From positions 3,580,038 through 3,644,037 of the forward strand of contig BFEA01000025.1 in the NCBI GenBank assembly GCA_003427395.1: a DNA stretch of 64,000 bases. The letters are read 5' to 3'. A program made the position numbers and the translations under genes. Positions 11,911 to 24,989 of the stretch are shown here, one piece after another. Origin of the DNA: Chara braunii. Taxonomy: Eukaryota; Plantae; Charophyceae. The stretch's first letter is position 1; each line of letters opens with the position of its first letter. The notes under the pieces are model-generated. The model worked only from the letters and a program-made list of their open reading frames with translations. It had not been told where the DNA came from and did no database searches.

Positions 11911-13798
11911 GACCGGATAGGTCCGCGCTAGCTTCACACAAACATGGCATCAGTGGGGCCTGCCTCTCAGACATGTAGCTGTGAGAGCACTGGAGCAGTT
12001 TGTGTGCAGTTTGTCACTCTTTTCTTCAAATCGATGTCAGTCGCAGTCAATGTGTCGTCCTTGCAGCCGCCTGCATACACGTGAAAAATTTCATTAGGAC
12101 CTGCGGAGAATATCACGGAAGCTGTGTTTTGATTGTTCCTTTGAGTGCATGGGAGTTCAGGATTCTGTCAAGTGAATCTGACATTTCTTGCACTACCTCA
12201 CAAGGTGCTACTACCACCATCCTCCCACTGAATAGAAGATGGGGTCACTGTTGTGCAAGGAAAATGAGCAATAGCGAGATGACAATGACCAGCATACACA
12301 ATCACATTGAAGGCCAGATAGTATCACTGTATCCAGAAAGCAGAAATGCACCAATATAACACCAATGAAGAATCGTAACACTGAAAACCAATGTTAATGA
12401 GAGCTGGCTCTCGCCACCACCAACATGAGTGTCCAGGCCCTATCTCCTACTTGGCGCTTGGCGCCCAGCCTACTCACTATACAGCTACAGTCTGCCTACT
12501 AATTGACGATGCAACTGTTGATGTCAGCAGCCCACGAAGTATTGAAGATGTTGCCCGTAGCAGACCATCGCCAATACCATGTATGTGCCCTCACATTATC
12601 ATCATCATCATCATCATCATCATCCTTCTCCCTCTCCCTCGTCTTACACCCACGTCTTCCCCCTGTATACCCGAAGACCACCCCTGCGCTGTACATTCAA
12701 GCCCTCAGACAGCTATGAAGGCTGGGCTATGGCGCTGCTAGCAGTGCCCTCCTTCCACACACGACCGCACGTGCGCAGCACCTTGCTCCAGCGTTAGCAG
12801 CCAGCACGCGAGCATGAGCTCCAGCAGCACTGCCGCCAGCCAGCAAGTGCCCGAACGAGCCTCCAGGCCGCGAGCTCTTTCCTATGTGGAAAGAGCCTGT
12901 CTGTCTTCGCAGCCTGGCTGGCTTGGGCCTGGGCCCAGAAGCTTCCGGTAGGCCCCAGGATGCTGCACCTCTCTTGCAGCTACTGGGCCTCATTCGGTTG
13001 GGTCTCCCAACTGTCTGTGTATGAGGCTGCGATTCTCGTCCAGGGCCTGCATCATTTTGGAAAGGCCTGGAAGGCCGTCGAAAGTTTCGCTGCTCGGCCT
13101 GTGTTTTACTCAACCAACTGGCATGACGAAACTGCCTGGACCCCGAATACGATATTGACAGCTTAGGGCCTCTAGTGATTTGTCAGGCCCGCCTTCACTT
13201 AGGGCGGGCACATCTGCAGCAAGAGGCCCCTTAGGCCTGCCGAGGACCCAGATCCTCGCAGTTGGTGCACCTGACCTGCAATTGTGCTAAGTACAGACAC
13301 CTTGACCCTGCAAGACAATATTAAGTGGTATCTCTTGTCTATGGCGATGGGTTGAACAACTTGAACTGAGTACTGTGAGGAGTGTTTGTTCGATCTCCTT
13401 CGATCGCTTTTCCCTTAACGAGGAGATTGCTTGTGTGGGAAGTGGCTTCGCGTGGTAATTTCGTATTTTTCTAACTGGGCGCTTGCAAGTCTCTGTGTTG
13501 TGACAGTGGGCAGGTTAGTGTCATAGGCTTTCTTCTCTTCTGTTGTTGTCAAGTCTCTCAATCGTGAAGGTGGGCCAATTAGTGTCGTCGTCTTTCCTGT
13601 CCATAGGCTTTTTTAGATATGTTCGCATACTTCCTTCTCTAGTAATGCTAGCGTAGGTATTCCCATTTGTTGTGCGTTTTCTTGTAGGCTGAATGCAGAA
13701 TGAGCAGCTGGATGTGAGGTCTGTGGTGGTTGAAACAGGGATGAAAACTCGATGGGCGCGATAAGGGTAGAGTTGATAGACAGTTTATTTGTTTGCAG

Positions 13799-13877
13799 GT
13801 CCCTAGGGAAATTCGTTAAAATTGGAACGATACACAGAAGATTAGCATGGCCATTGGCCGCTGCGAAAGATGACACG
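13799..13877 (+). pseudogene. U6 snRNA retrocopy (degenerate), TMEM53 intron 2
   Basis: gtccc...ttaaaattggaacgatacacagaagattagcatggcc...ctgcgaaagatgacacg aligns to the U6 core. Confidence 0.9.
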
Positions 13878-14171
13878 TAAACACATAAAGCCTGACATCA
13901 GGAGTTTGGCAAGGAGCTAATATTAGCACATGCTTGAATGTCAAACCCAGATCAGGAGTTTGGCTGCAGCTGGTTTTCTAAGGAGGTCTAACACACTCCT
14001 TTATTTTGCAAACAAATACATACACGAAGTATACTTTTTTGCGCGAATGCGACCTCGGAAGTATATTCAATTGGCAGCATCTGCCTATCATGTATTCTTG
14101 CTGGCTTAGCTTACCCTGCAGTCTCCCTGAAACCCGTTTTTTTCCCCTAGGTTTTCGTTTTTTTTCCTGGA

Positions 14172-14332
14172 GAAAGGGCGACAGCCTTGAGATATCATCT
14201 TCTCACTGAACAGCCCAAAGTAAATTCAGCATTTGCTCTTCTGAGCTGATTGGGATTCGAACTGAAGGTCCCAATCAGTATATCGTATTTCAACAGTTCA
14301 GGGCTGTACCAACTGAGCTAGGCCTTTTGGTA
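14172..14332 (-). mobile_element. tRNA-derived SINE, family A
   Basis: Minus strand A-box TAGCTCAGTTGG and B-box GTTCGAATCC; tail gatgatatctcaaggctgtcgccc shared with other copies. Confidence 0.8.
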
Positions 14333-15284
14333 CACTCCTCTGAAACATGGAAGTTGCTGTGAAGTTTGGCAGAATCTTCGTGCACAATAGTATTCAGCAG
14401 GACCGGGCCGTAATTGAAATACTTTAATACTCCCTTCGGCACGGTGAATCATTCTGTTAGCACCATCCGTTTGATGAGCGCCTGTTATCGTAATTTTTTT
14501 TATATAATCTGCATGTCCAGGACAATCTACATGAGCATAACGATGTGAAGCTGTTTCGTAGAATCTGCACGGTAAAGCATTCTGCTATGGTTTAGGGTTT
14601 TGTCGGTGAAGTTGAGGTTTGTATTTTCTGCGTCCAGTCGACTTAAAAACTGGGAGCATATATTGCTCCCGTCTGTGTGACACTGTTGAGTAGTGGCTTG
14701 TCTTCTGTTTCACATGTCAAAGCAGCTGCTTTGTTCGTTAGGGGGGATTTAACATTATGGTGGATGGTAGACGAAGGGCGGGGAATGCTTCTAACTAGAG
14801 GCTCTTCATCACTTCTATGAGTTGAAGCGTAGCGTTGCAGAATAGGGATGCAGAGCTGGCGGTCTGTCGTGTTTTGTTGGTAAACTTGAGGCATGTATTT
14901 CCAGCATCCAGCTGACTGAGCTGGCAGCTTTTGTTGTTTCCCTCTGTGTGATGGGCTTGTCTTCTGTTTCACATGTCAAACCAACTGCTTTGTTCATAAG
15001 GATTTAACATTATGGGAATTTAATTAATATTTATGGCAGATGCTACAAGAGGGGTCGGGAACGCTTCAACTAGGGACTCTTCGTCATTTCTATTTGTTCA
15101 AGCTTTTAGCTTTGCAGCATAGTAGTTGAGGGCGCACAATCGTTTGTGAGTTTGTAGAGAGCAAAGGTGCTGCGATGGGAGCTTTTCCTTGCTGGCCGTT
15201 GCTGTTTTCGAAAGTATAATGCTTTTATCCAACCGATTAAATTTAAATGCTAACCTTTTTCCTTTCCTCCTGGACATGATTCAG

Positions 15285-15511
15285 GTTTGGGCATCGGGAT
15301 TTTCAGCGGCTATTCTGAAGAAAAGAAGTGCCAGTACGCTTTCGGAGCAGAACACACCTGCGAAAATTAAGGTTGACTTGGGGGATGGCCTGCAAGCAGA
15401 GATTGATCGCTCAGAGCTCCCAGGAGGGCAGCAGAGCCCTACAGAGGCAGCACTGAAGAAAGTTTTAGAGAAGTTCTTCTCTGTGTTTCTGGAGGTGCCT
15501 ATCATCCGCAG
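15285..15511 (+). CDS. TMEM53/DUF829 exon 3 (VWASGFSAAILKKRS...FLEVPIIR)
   Basis: Pyrimidine tract plus cag| acceptor; DPQ-VWASGFSAA junction is conserved in plant homologues; ag|gtatgg donor. Confidence 0.92.
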
Positions 15512-15611
15512 GTATGGATTTGCTCATGACTTTAACTGAACGAAGCAGTACAAATGTAACTGGACACACATGGTTTGTGGTGTGTGTGTGTGTGTGAGTT
15601 GTGTGCGTGTG

Positions 15612-15653
<42 letters not shown>

Positions 15654-15693
15654 GTGTGTGTGTGAAAAAGAAAGCCATATCTGAATAGAATTT

Positions 15694-16066
15694 TGATGAC
15701 AGGCTTCCAACATACCTAAGAGCTAGGATACCAGGCTGGGAACAGGCTGCTGAATTCTACACCGAGCATGAAAATTAGAATACAATATTACAAATCAAAT
15801 TAAGTGCAACGAACCAGCTCATGAAAATTAGAATACAACATTACAAATCAAATTAAGTGCAACGAACCAGCTCAAAGTCATCTTCAATCGCTACCATGCA
15901 TCAGACCGAATTCCACTCAAAGCGCTCTGACAAGGTGGCGAGATGGCAATTAGCCGAAAACCGAAATAATTATTTCCAGGCACACCAAAATTATCCGAGT
16001 GCCAAGCTCATGGTACATGCGGCTACATGTGGCCATTGCCGCCATCCATTATCCTCACTCAGGTAA

Positions 16067-16100
<34 letters not shown>

Positions 16101-17771
16101 GCGCTCGTACGTGCGCTCTCTTCTCTCTTGTATCTCTCACTCTCCTCACTGAGATTGCTCTCTCACTCTCTGAGTGCACTCTCCTCTCTCTCTCTTCTAG
16201 TACCCTACGAGCTATGGCGATTGTCGTCTTCCTTGGTAACCCTAGCTATGGCGCTACTGCAGCGCCAGCTTCTTCCTCAATCTCCCCGACCAGTCGACCC
16301 GTATGGTTGCACAAGCATTTAGCAGAGCTTCCACAACATAGGCATTGACTTGGTTGAGGTCTTTGCTGGTGTCCGCTGCATTTTTGTCAGTTCCGGAACG
16401 CACCGAACTTTCCAGGATGCTGCTGCCAAAATTTATATTGGGACTTTCTTGTCTAGTACCAGGCCTACTGGACTTCTAATGACCCTAAACCTTCTGTCCG
16501 GCCTACCGGACCCTACTGACCTCTGGGACCTAAGTTTGGCACTTTGGCTGCTGGTCCTGCCAAATCAGTTACGTCCGTGGGACTGGGACCATTCGGACCA
16601 TTGGGACTGGGACTTGGGACACTGACTGTGGTGAATGCCTTGAACCCCTTTTATACCNNNNNNNNNNNNNNNNNNNNNNNNNNNNNNNNNNNNNNNNNNN
16701 NNNNNNNNNNNNNNNNNNNNNNNNNNNNNNNNNNNNNNNNNNNNNNNGGCTTAATCTTAGTTAGCACAGAAATCTCCCGCTGGCTATCCAAGACATCAGG
16801 TCTTTAAGTATCCTTGTGTGCCGTGGCACGTACCTACCTATGCTACTTGCCCTGATGCCTACCGGGCATCCCACATAATCCAATCTAAGGGTCTGTTTTG
16901 CAATCGGACTCGTCTCATTCACTCTTTTCATGCAGGTGAACAACAACACAGCAAAACTGGCGATATGCGCCCACACAGTACTCAGAGATATGGCTTCCAG
17001 GTAAGAGTTCACTTCCTCTGGCTATGGCGACTCAGCGCTCAATAACACACTGTTCACACACACTGGACCACCCTGGATATCCCACACGCGACACTCCGAA
17101 CACTCACACAACACTCACACTTCGTCCTAAGCTGCAGCTATGGCAGCGCTGGCTACCTCTATCCTATCACTATGGCTACCCTGTATCACTCTCGCCCACT
17201 TCTACTTCGGGCCAACTGCAGACCTCCTTGCACAAGTCGCTGAGGCAGCGCTTCCACATTGCTTCAGCAGGAATGAATGAATGGCTGTGCGCGGCCTCTT
17301 GATTTATGCTTCTGTGACTCGTTGGTCTGCCCTGTTACCCTGGCCCACGGTGTACACAGTCCCAGACGGTACTTGCTTGACTAGTGACTGACTGGACTGG
17401 GACTGCTGACTCTGCATGGTGGACTTCCACCACTTGCCCACTTGCCTGGACCTACAGGGGGCTGACTTCCGAAAGGCCACTTCCAGAAACATCTACTTGG
17501 CCTTTCGGTACTGTAGCAGCTACGACTCTGCCCTTTCAGGTAAGTAGCAGCTACGACTTTGACCCTTCGGAACGTCTACAGCTATGACCTCTGGACTAGC
17601 TAGACTCCTACCCTACAGCTCTACAGTTCGAGTCCCCTATACCCTGTAACCTTCGATGTCCTACCTACCACTGGCAGTCCTACAGGTCGCAGGTACAACT
17701 CTACGGGTTGACACAGGTACTGTACACAGGTAAGGTGGGGAACTAGGGATCGAGCCCTGGGATCTGCATCA
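15694..17771. mobile_element. Probable decayed LTR-retrotransposon segment (contains N gap 16658-16747)
   Basis: TGATG...CATCA ends and internally repetitive GC-richer sequence; no TSD or protein motif seen. Confidence 0.35.
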
Positions 17772-18002
17772 GCTACTGCGAACTGGTGAATACCGTTTCA
17801 GTGTGTTTATTCTGTTGGTTAAGAAGAAGAAACCCTGCCCTGATGACCGGCCGGACGTCCAAGTTACCTCCCCTAAAAGTCTGTTTGTTTCTTATGGGAA
17901 GAAGAAGAAGAAGAAGAAACCTGAAAAAAAATTTCTAGTTTTTTTTATGTAAGTTGGCAAAGAAGAGGGACGAAGGAGACGAGAAAGAGAAAAAGACCGA
18001 CC

Positions 18003-18290
18003 TCCTGAAAAATCCTTAGTTTATTATGCGAGTTGAAATTGGAGGAGACGAAGAAGAGAAGATGTTGAGTCAGAAAAAGAAATGAACAAATAAATAAAAG
18101 AAGAAACACGAGTACAGAAGCTGTCTGCAATGTTTGCAGTCATCCTGAAAAATCCTTAGTTTATTATGCGACACGTTGAAATTGAAGGAGACGAAGAAGA
18201 GAAGATGTTGAGTCAGAAAAAGAAATGAACAAATAAATAAAAGAAAAAGATACATGAGTACAGAAGCTGTCTGCAATGTTTGCAGTCATC
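18003..18290. repeat. Tandem duplication (~145 bp x2)
   Basis: tcctgaaaaatccttagtttattatgcga...gtacagaagctgtctgcaatgtttgcagtcatc occurs twice. Confidence 0.95.
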
Positions 18291-18353
18291 TTAAGACCAT
18301 TCTGCATTGTCTTTTTATTTCTCTTCGCAGTCTCTTTTTTTTGTTTTGTTTTT

Positions 18354-18407
18354 CCCTTGCTCAGGGGCCATGCTAATCTTCTCTGTATCGTTTCAATGCT
18401 AATGGAC
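18354..18407 (-). pseudogene. U6 snRNA retrocopy, antisense in TMEM53 intron 3
   Basis: Minus strand: aacgatacagagaagattagcatggcccctgagcaagg, then an A-rich tail; imperfect ~21 bp flanking duplication (18302-18323 / 18409-18429). Confidence 0.92.
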
Positions 18408-18506
18408 GCTGCAATGTTTTTTATTTCTCGCTTTGCCATCTTCGCTTCCAGGAATTATCCCCTTATTCCTTTTTTTTTGGTGTGTTGTACCCTTTTTTGT
18501 GGATAG

Positions 18507-18813
18507 ACGATTGATGGAGGTTACTTCGATTCTGCAGAAAGAGCAGCCAAAATGTCCACAATTGTACATTTACAGTACATCTGATGCAGTCATACCACAT
18601 ACAAGAGTGGAGGCCTTCATGGAGATGCAAAAGCAGAATGGAGTCAGAGTTATGGGTCGTCGCTTGGAGGGATCCCCTCATGTGGACCATTTCCGCACCG
18701 CACCCCACATCTATACCAGCCAGCTGCAGAAATTTTTGCAGTGCTGTTTTGGCCCAGTTAAAGAAGGTGAGAAACAATCCGAAGAGTTGGCTACAGCCGG
18801 TCACCCCTGCTGA
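18507..18813 (+). CDS. TMEM53/DUF829 exon 4 (PQLYIYSTSDAVIP...SPHVDHF) to stop
   Basis: tag|a acceptor, phase-compatible; conserved Asp and His motifs; TGA ends at 18813. Confidence 0.92.
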
Positions 18814-20093
18814 TGCGATTGCTGATATTGGACACCGTCGCATGTGCGGCGGGGAGGGGGCGGGGCTAGGAAATCCCCCGCAGCTAGTCGATTACAGGGC
18901 CAAAGATGAATACAGTTGGGGATCAACTCTTGAAAATAGATGGACTGAGTAAGGATGTCATTAAATGTTCTTTTCATTGGTCTTGGTAGGTAGCTTCTTT
19001 TAGAATCAGCTCGACGTTGTTTCTGTGGAGAAATTTCTCTACCCACTGCTTTTGACAGCTGTTATTGATGTATGTTTCGGTTTACGGTTGGGGTAGGCGA
19101 ATATGATAATGTCATTGGGAGCGGTTCAATCTGGGCTTCCGCGCTACGTATGCAGAGATCAAACGTATTTTTTCATCCTGACGAAGTACAGGTATGCATA
19201 TGCAGGAGGATCTTGATGTTGATCCCGACGCGTAGTGCTTAGGAAAGACCACTAGGATTTGAAAAGGTCAGATTGAACGTCTGCTGCTGACAACACGCTA
19301 CTGCTTTTCGAAAAGAAAAGAAAAAAATTGCACGCGCTACGCCATTGTAGGGTGCGTTTACCTTTTTTTCAGTGCAGCGCGCCTTTTCTTAATTGTGCCT
19401 GGCTGCGTGTGTTTTTGTAGAGTACGGCATCTGGTAGGGGCATGGGATCACAGCTGTCAAAAGACGGACCTTGCGAGTCTTGCGGATCCACGAGTGGCAA
19501 GCTGCAGAGGCTGGTGGACAGCGAAAGTAGAGAGAGATTTTGGTCACTTAGAAGCCACAAAAAAGAAGAAGATGTTTGTTTAGCTGTTTAGAAACACACG
19601 GGGCATTTCAAATTTTATTGCCGGGACTCGGAATGGACAGGAAGAGAGGTGTCCTGATCTATAGCATGGACAAGAAGCGGGAACGGGCTGTGAAGAGAAA
19701 CCGTCCTTGGCTGCTGCAGTGGAGTCGGCGAGGAGAGATCCAACAGCAAACTGCCACCGTATTCTCTTTCACAGTTTATCGAAGATAAAGGTACTAATAT
19801 ATATCCGACATCGAATGACCGAGGCCCAATGTAAATTACCAAATGCATATCGAGGACCGCAGGGGAAGTGGACGAAGAGACCCTGTGAAATTCATACTGC
19901 CTTTTCCATCTAAATGTACAGGTTGTTGCTTTTTATAGACTGCAAAAGCTCTCGACTTGTCTATATTGAGAGAGTTAGCACTTTCAGTTCTCGAGATTCA
20001 TTCAGGCCTTAATTCTTTTTAAAACGTCCAGATCGTATTACGTTGTTGTTCCATTCATGGCAAGCACACATGGATGCCTCTTGTGTATTCAGT

Positions 20094-20127
<34 letters not shown>

Positions 20128-20485
20128 TACGTTGTTCCTTTCATGGCAAGCACACTGTAGCGTATTCAGTGTGCTATAGATGGGGAGAGAGAGAGAGAGA
20201 GAGAGAGGTGAGCAAGTGATTGTAGCTGTCAAGGTGATGTTTTGTTAGTCCACGACAGGTTTTGAATTAGATAATTCATCATAATTGTCGATTTGAAACG
20301 TAGAGAGCTTTCCTGCGCTGGTGTTAAACGGACGAGCAGAGGGTGGAAACAGGTACAGTTTGAAATGAGTGGGAGAAAGTTTTGAACTGTTAGACCACTT
20401 AACTTTATTGCCAATGGGAAACATTTGTAGCATGTCCGGTTCTTGGTCGTGGCAGCATCCTACACACAAGCCACACTGCAAATCC

Positions 20486-20519
<34 letters not shown>

Positions 20520-21060
20520 CAACTGCCAGCAGTGCCAATCCTATATGTGAGGAAAACACAGAGTTATGGATGTCTTGCATGTGGTATGGGCCTCCCACAT
20601 CAGAGTTCATTTCTGGGAGGCTGAGGGGTCACTCTGTTGTCGGCACAAGTGTATGCTCTTGTTTGCTAAGTTGAGCCTGTCATTTGAGGCGATTCCTTAC
20701 AGTGCAAGGTTTCATTTTCAATGAGAGTGTCACAACGGGCGGTGACCTGGGGCTAGTTGATTGCGCACAGATGATTGAAAGGCAATCAGCGGAAGATAAT
20801 CGTCGTGGTTCTTTACCGTGCAAGGTTTCATTTTCAAATGACAAAGCTTTCTTTTTCACTGACAGTTCTACAGCGGGCGTTGGCCTGGGGCTGGATGACT
20901 GTGCACAGATGGCCAAAAGGCAGCAGCCAGCATTAGATCATTTTCAATTTTGAATATAGCGTTCCTGGGCGGACGTTAAACTGGATGCGAAGAATAGAAT
21001 GGCTGTAGTCAGGAGTGCTCTGGTAACTTACGCCAACAATCATGCGCCGGTCTTTTCTTT

Positions 21061-21243
21061 AAAAAAAAAAAAGAAAGAAGGGCGACGGCCTTGAGATATT
21101 ATCATTGAGCTGACTGACCCCAGGCAATTCAGAAATATTTGGTTTTACTCATCAGTCAGGTTCCATCATCATCTGGATACGAACTCGGGTCTGTATTTCA
21201 ACAGTTCATGGGGGTGTGTACCCACTGAGCTAGGCTCTTGGGT
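21061..21243 (-). mobile_element. tRNA-derived SINE, family A, with 19-bp TSD
   Basis: TSD atgcgccggtcttttcttt on both sides; A and B boxes on the minus strand. Confidence 0.88.
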
Positions 21244-22335
21244 ATGCGCCGGTCTTTTCTTTTTTCTAGCGCCGGTTTTTTCTTTTCTGGCACAGGTTGG
21301 TAGATAGAACATCTGTGGGAGGATTCTTGAGCCGGTCTTTTCTTTTTTCTTGCGCCGTTTTTTTTTTTTGTTTTGTTTTTTTTGTTTTTTTTTTTTNGTT
21401 TTTTTTTTTTGTTTTGTTTTTTTTGTTTTTTTTTTTTCTTCTTCTTCTTCTTCTTCTTCTCCTTCTTGGGCCGTACTTTTTTCTTTCCTGCAATCGAGGG
21501 ATTATCCCTGGGGTGACATTGCGTTCCGTCGTCTTCTTCGTGGGCCGTACTTTTTTCTTGGGGTAGCAGTATCGTGCATGTAAATGCCATGTATGGCATT
21601 TCACATGGAAGGTGCACTAGCGATTCTCATTTGACCTGTAAGGAGCACTAGCAATGCTCATTTGACATATACGGTGGTGCACTTCTTTCATCTTCATGCA
21701 AGGAAAACAACACAGGGGAAGTAGTCTGGTGGAAAAGGTCTGATGCTTTATTCTGATAGCGTGCGCTTTGTAATTTATATGTGCCTCATGCCAACCCTTC
21801 ATTTCTCGGAGGCTGCAAGCAGTTTCACTCTGTTGTTGGCACAGGTGTTCTTTTCTGCCTGTTTGAGGACGATACGTGAGTTGTGAGGCTTTATTTTTAT
21901 TATAGGGCCAGGGGTGGCCGACTGTCCACCGATGGTGCCGATGGTGAAGTGCCGATGATACCAGTGTCTGCTCCGAGTGATTGGCACCATTGCATTGGTA
22001 GGCGCATGGAGGTGGGCATTGGGGTTAGTATTTAGTTCACCGAGCAACGTGATGTGAGGATCTTGCTGGCTATGTTGATGACGGTGACATGCTTCCTAAG
22101 CCGAGCTAGACTTCTGCACACTCGTGTGTGTGTGTGAGAGAAAGAGAGAGAGAGAGAGAGAGAGCATGCTAATCAGTACAATGATTGACGTCATCATTAG
22201 CATCGCTATTTTAAGTATCATTGCATTGCCTTACTGGTCCTTCGGAGTACAATCTTCTTTTTGTCTGTCTTTTTTATGCTCTTTTTGTTTTTCTGTGTAT
22301 AGTGCTGTATTCTCTGTTTTTTTTTTCCTTTTTTT

Positions 22336-22756
22336 CTAGGTTACCTGATCGGACATCCGGGACCCCCCTGACCGTCCGGGGTTGTCCGCTTGGGCAACCA
22401 GTCGGACATCCTCCCCGGAAAGTCTGTCCGAGCCCGAACAAAAAAAAAAAAAAAAAAAAAAAGAAGAAGAAGAAGAAGAAGAAGAAGAAGAAGAAGAAGA
22501 CTTCAACTCAAAAAAATCTGGAAAAAAAACTGGAAAAAAAACTATGTAATCATTGTAATGTAGAAAACGAAACTGAACAACTTTTACCTTGGGATGATAT
22601 CGAAGTTGGTTGTTGAATTTAAAAAAAAAAAAAACTAAAAGACACCCCCAATTTTTTTCCCTTTTTTTGTGCTTTTAATTGCTAAAAATGGAGTTGTCCA
22701 GGCCCCCCCTGACTGTCCGCCCAGGATGTCCTGCCATCGGACAACTGGTAACATAG
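22336..22756. mobile_element. hAT-type MITE related to 8266-8541
   Basis: TIR CTAGGTTACC/GGTAACATAG; 8-bp TSD CTTTTTTT; shared internal aactgaacaacttttacct. Confidence 0.75.
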
Positions 22757-22829
22757 CTTTTTTTAAATATAGCTTTTTTAAAATATCTTTTTAATCAAAT
22801 GAAGAAGGGGGTGCGAGTTGGGTATAAAA

Positions 22830-23422
22830 CATGGCTACGATCCGGACGTCCGGACCGCCGTCGAGACGGTCCGGATTCGGTCCGGACTCCGGACGTCCGG
22901 TCCAGACGGTCCGGATCTGCCAAATTTCGAGAAAGAAGAAAAAAAAAAAAAGAACGGTCCAGGACCCTTTCCCATTGAGGAGCCAAGCCCCCAAAATTGT
23001 TTTGGGTTTTTTTTAGGCCCGTTTATGCTTTTTGGGGGGGTCCGGACATGCTCTCTCTCTGTAACAATTTATTAGACAACCCCAAGTTTNTTATTATGAA
23101 TAATCCATTACCTTTTATTAGTTTTTTAACTTTTTTAAGTCTTTTTTTAAGCTTTTGATAGCTTGACTTTTAACTCAAGTTTGGTTAGGAATTCTGACAT
23201 GACTCTGAGGCAAAAGTGGTTTGCATTGTTGTTCTGCATAACGTACTTTTTTTTCAGATTTTTTTTTTTTTTTTTAATGGTCCGGGCATTTCCGGACCTG
23301 TCCAGACATCTGGACGGTCTGGATCCCCCCATGTCCGGAGGTCTGGAAATGTCCGGAAACTACCGGACACGGGTCCGGTTCCATGTCCAGAAATGTCCGG
23401 GTCCGGGTCCGGCGCAGCCATG
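22830..23422. mobile_element. hAT-type MITE with TCCGGA subterminal repeats
   Basis: TIR CATGGCT/AGCCATG; 8-bp TSD GTATAAAA. Confidence 0.88.
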
Positions 23423-24681
23423 GTATAAAATGATGAATGTTATGTGTGATAGTTTGCGTGCATGCAGTGGACCCCTTTGCGTTTTTCTGGTGTTATTTTC
23501 CAACAACTTTGGGGGAGGCAATGTAGGCTTTTATGTCACCTTTCTGTCTTATGCTCTCAATTGAACACAGACTTAGGTCTTTGAGAAGAGGTAGTGCATT
23601 GGTTGGGCAAGGGTCCAAACTGCTCATTTGTCTTTGCATTGTTATCTTTGGCTGCATCCATAATTATTTTTAGTTGCTCGAAGGCAGGATATGAAGCGGG
23701 ATGGTTGTGTTTGTCAATGGCTGCAAGAATTTAACATTGTGTGATTTGTGTGGCAGCTGTTCTGGGAACTGCACACATGCCACGGAAAGCTTTCTGCATC
23801 TCAGCTCAGAGGGATTGACCGTCTTATTTTGTAAATGCCCCTCCACAATTAATGTATATTTGGTGTAATGAAGATGAGTGAGGTGGAAGGGAATTTCGCT
23901 GTAACGTTTGCAACTTTGCATGTATCGCTCAATAAGAAAAAGTTTTTCGGCCGCGGGGTGCGTGCCTGGGCTGAACTGTGCGATTTTAGTCGTCGGATGT
24001 AGGCGGATTTTCATCTGGCGGCTGTTTTTTGCGTTTGGATGTCTGCCACACTCTGTATGGTCGCCACGTTGTGCTTTTCCTCTGATCACGGTTGGCCGTG
24101 CGATGAACGATTGTGAGGCGTTGGATGTAAAATCTGACGCATCTGACGCGCCGTGAAAAGATCTTGGGTGTGCGATGTGCCTCCGCTCATTGGTTTTCGT
24201 TTTGTTTTGTGCCTTCCGTTTCGTTTCGTTTCGTTGTTGTTCTTTTACTTCTCTTTTTGGGTTTTTTTGTTCTTTGTTCTTTTCTTTTCTTTTGTTGGTT
24301 TTTTTCTTTCGTTTTTCTTTTCGTTTTTGTGGTTTCGTTTCGAAGGCCAGATGAATCTGTACATCCGCAAACTTCTGAATAGCGCAGCCGAGTTCGAATC
24401 CGGAGGTCGAGTGAATGGCTTAGCCGCAAACTGTTCAAAGCAGAGGCATCGCCGCCGGGGGACAGAAAAAAGAAAACGTAGCGGGTCATCTGGATTTGAA
24501 CTCCGTTCGGGGGGGGAAGGAGGGAAGGGGAAGGAAACCTATGCGATGCACCTGCCTACGTGACCTGCCTGCACTACCGGACAAAAAACAAAAAATGAAA
24601 GGGCAGGTATATTGGAGTGGCTTGGATATAGGAACATTCGCTGTGGCTTGACCTTCGGGCTATTAGGTGTTCTGCTATTAA

Positions 24682-24880
24682 ACCACCAGTACTTGGCCCA
24701 GCTATCGCAGCCGAGCCTGGAAGTGCCCTGCGCGCCGTTTCCCGCCGAAACGCCAATTCGATTTTGGTTTTCGGAAAGGCTGGCGGCGCCAGCCTTCCAG
24801 GTCCGGTTGCCCGAAGCGCGAACTTCGTGTAGCGTTAACGCTAAGGCCCGCGGCCAATATATGGGCCAAGTACTGGTGGT
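24682..24880. mobile_element. TTAA-flanked MITE
   Basis: TTAA|accaccagtacttggccca ... tgggccaagtactggtggt|TTAA (perfect 19-bp TIR). Confidence 0.85.
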
Positions 24881-24939
24881 TTAATAATTGACCCCCTTAA
24901 AAGGGAGGGGGTGCCCGCATTAAGATGAAAGAGAACGAA

Positions 24940-24988
<49 letters not shown>
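24940..24988 (+). repeat. Poly-G tract (~49 nt)
   Basis: Direct observation. Confidence 0.95.

Positions 24989-24989
<1 letters not shown>

Noticed and set aside
13799-13877. Functional U6 genes (all four copies)
   Set aside because: Each is mutated in invariant positions, truncated or rearranged, and lacks a clear USE/TATA promoter plus T-run terminator.
21140-21160. Hammerhead ribozyme (CTGATGAG on the minus strand) in the SINE
   Set aside because: No stem II or GAAA core could be built, and the motif is not conserved in other copies.
21061-21243. Functional tRNA genes
   Set aside because: The cloverleaf is incomplete, and the shared non-tRNA tail and TSD indicate a SINE.
21198-21617. 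Lys/Phe-rich ORFs here and at 24153-24563 and 62371-62784
   Set aside because: They are translations of poly-A/T and simple repeats.
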